6,083 nt of DNA, from IMG/VR virus record IMGVR_UViG_2529292885_000013. The stretch is one strand, 5' to 3'. Each line of letters starts with the position of its first letter. Position 1 is the first letter of the stretch. The notes under the pieces are model-generated. The model was not told the origin of the DNA and made no database searches. It saw only the letters and a program-made list of their open reading frames with translations. A program made the translations under genes and the position numbers. Source of the DNA: a virus (Duplodnaviria > Heunggongvirae > Uroviricota > Caudoviricetes). Shown here in pieces: positions 5,566 to 6,083 of the stretch.

Positions 5566-6083
5566 TCACCCTCCTGAGGGTTGGTAATTAAGGAGTTCTC
5601 CACGGGTGAAGTGGAGTGCGTGCGCCGGACACGGGTGAACATCCGGCACTGACAGTTTACTGAAAGGATATTTCTCTGAAAAGTCAGAGCATAACGCGAA
5701 AGCGCACGGCGAGGTTGCTGGTTCATAGATAGCCTGTCGTTAAATTTTCGTCGACCGTGCGCTTCCGGTTGTGGCACTCCGCGAAATGGCGCAGCGGTAA
5801 GTATGGCGGGGTTATTCCTTCCCCGTTGAGGACACCGGGTTGTCAGGTTGACCATACGCTTAAGTGACAACCCCGCTGCAACGCCCTCTGTTATCAATTT
5901 TCTGGTGACGTTTGGCGGCATCTGTTTGCCCATGAACTGATGTCCGCCCTTTTTAAAGTGAATTTTGTGATGCAGTGAATGCGGCTAAGCGCACGCGGAA
6001 CAGTTAAAGCTAAAAACAGTGTTATGGGTGGATTCTCTGTATCCGGCGTTAATTGTTAACTGGTTAACGTCACCTGGAGGCAC

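Noticed and set aside
5559-5933. Minus-strand 124-aa ORF
   Set aside because: Arg/Pro/Asn-rich low-complexity product, many rare codons, weak SD. It does end in an ATGTTAA-type overlap with the 77-aa gene start, so a real highly basic protein cannot be fully excluded.
5566-6083. Retron msr/msd, tRNA or tmRNA in the structured terminal region
   Set aside because: No T-loop (GTTCRANYC) or acceptor-stem arrangement, and I cannot match any retron ncRNA from memory. The inverted repeats alone are not diagnostic.
1-6083. CRISPR array, IS element or integrase/att site
   Set aside because: No regularly spaced direct repeats with unique spacers, no terminal inverted repeats flanking a transposase-like ORF, and no integrase gene or tRNA-like att core anywhere in the window.

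Overview
This window reads as the early/immunity region of a Rac-like lambdoid prophage of an enterobacterium (E. coli/Shigella-like), called from sequence and from memory of the protein families only; no database search was run. On the minus strand there is a replication operon: a Cro-like YdaS-type regulator, a YdaT-like protein, an O-like initiator with an iteron origin inside it, a DnaC-like helicase loader, and a frameshifted tandem winged-helix gene running off the window start. Divergent from it on the plus strand is a CI-like HTH repressor gene, apparently leaderless, followed by a small antitoxin and a ParE/RelE-family toxin; this matches my recollection of the three-component paaR-paaA-parE modules of E. 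coli O157:H7 prophages. The repressor/TA operon is flanked by two promoter-operator regions that share sequence and point outwards, like lambda pR and pL. Beyond the pL-like element lie a small zinc-ribbon gene (minus), a 72-aa coiled-coil gene (plus), and an AT-rich block with a convergent, 3'-overlapping pair of unrecognised genes (135 aa plus, 77 aa minus), which is the best candidate here for an undescribed accessory or defence module. The last ~500 bp is a GC-richer, structured stretch with no convincing gene. No rRNA, tRNA, CRISPR array or IS element was seen.
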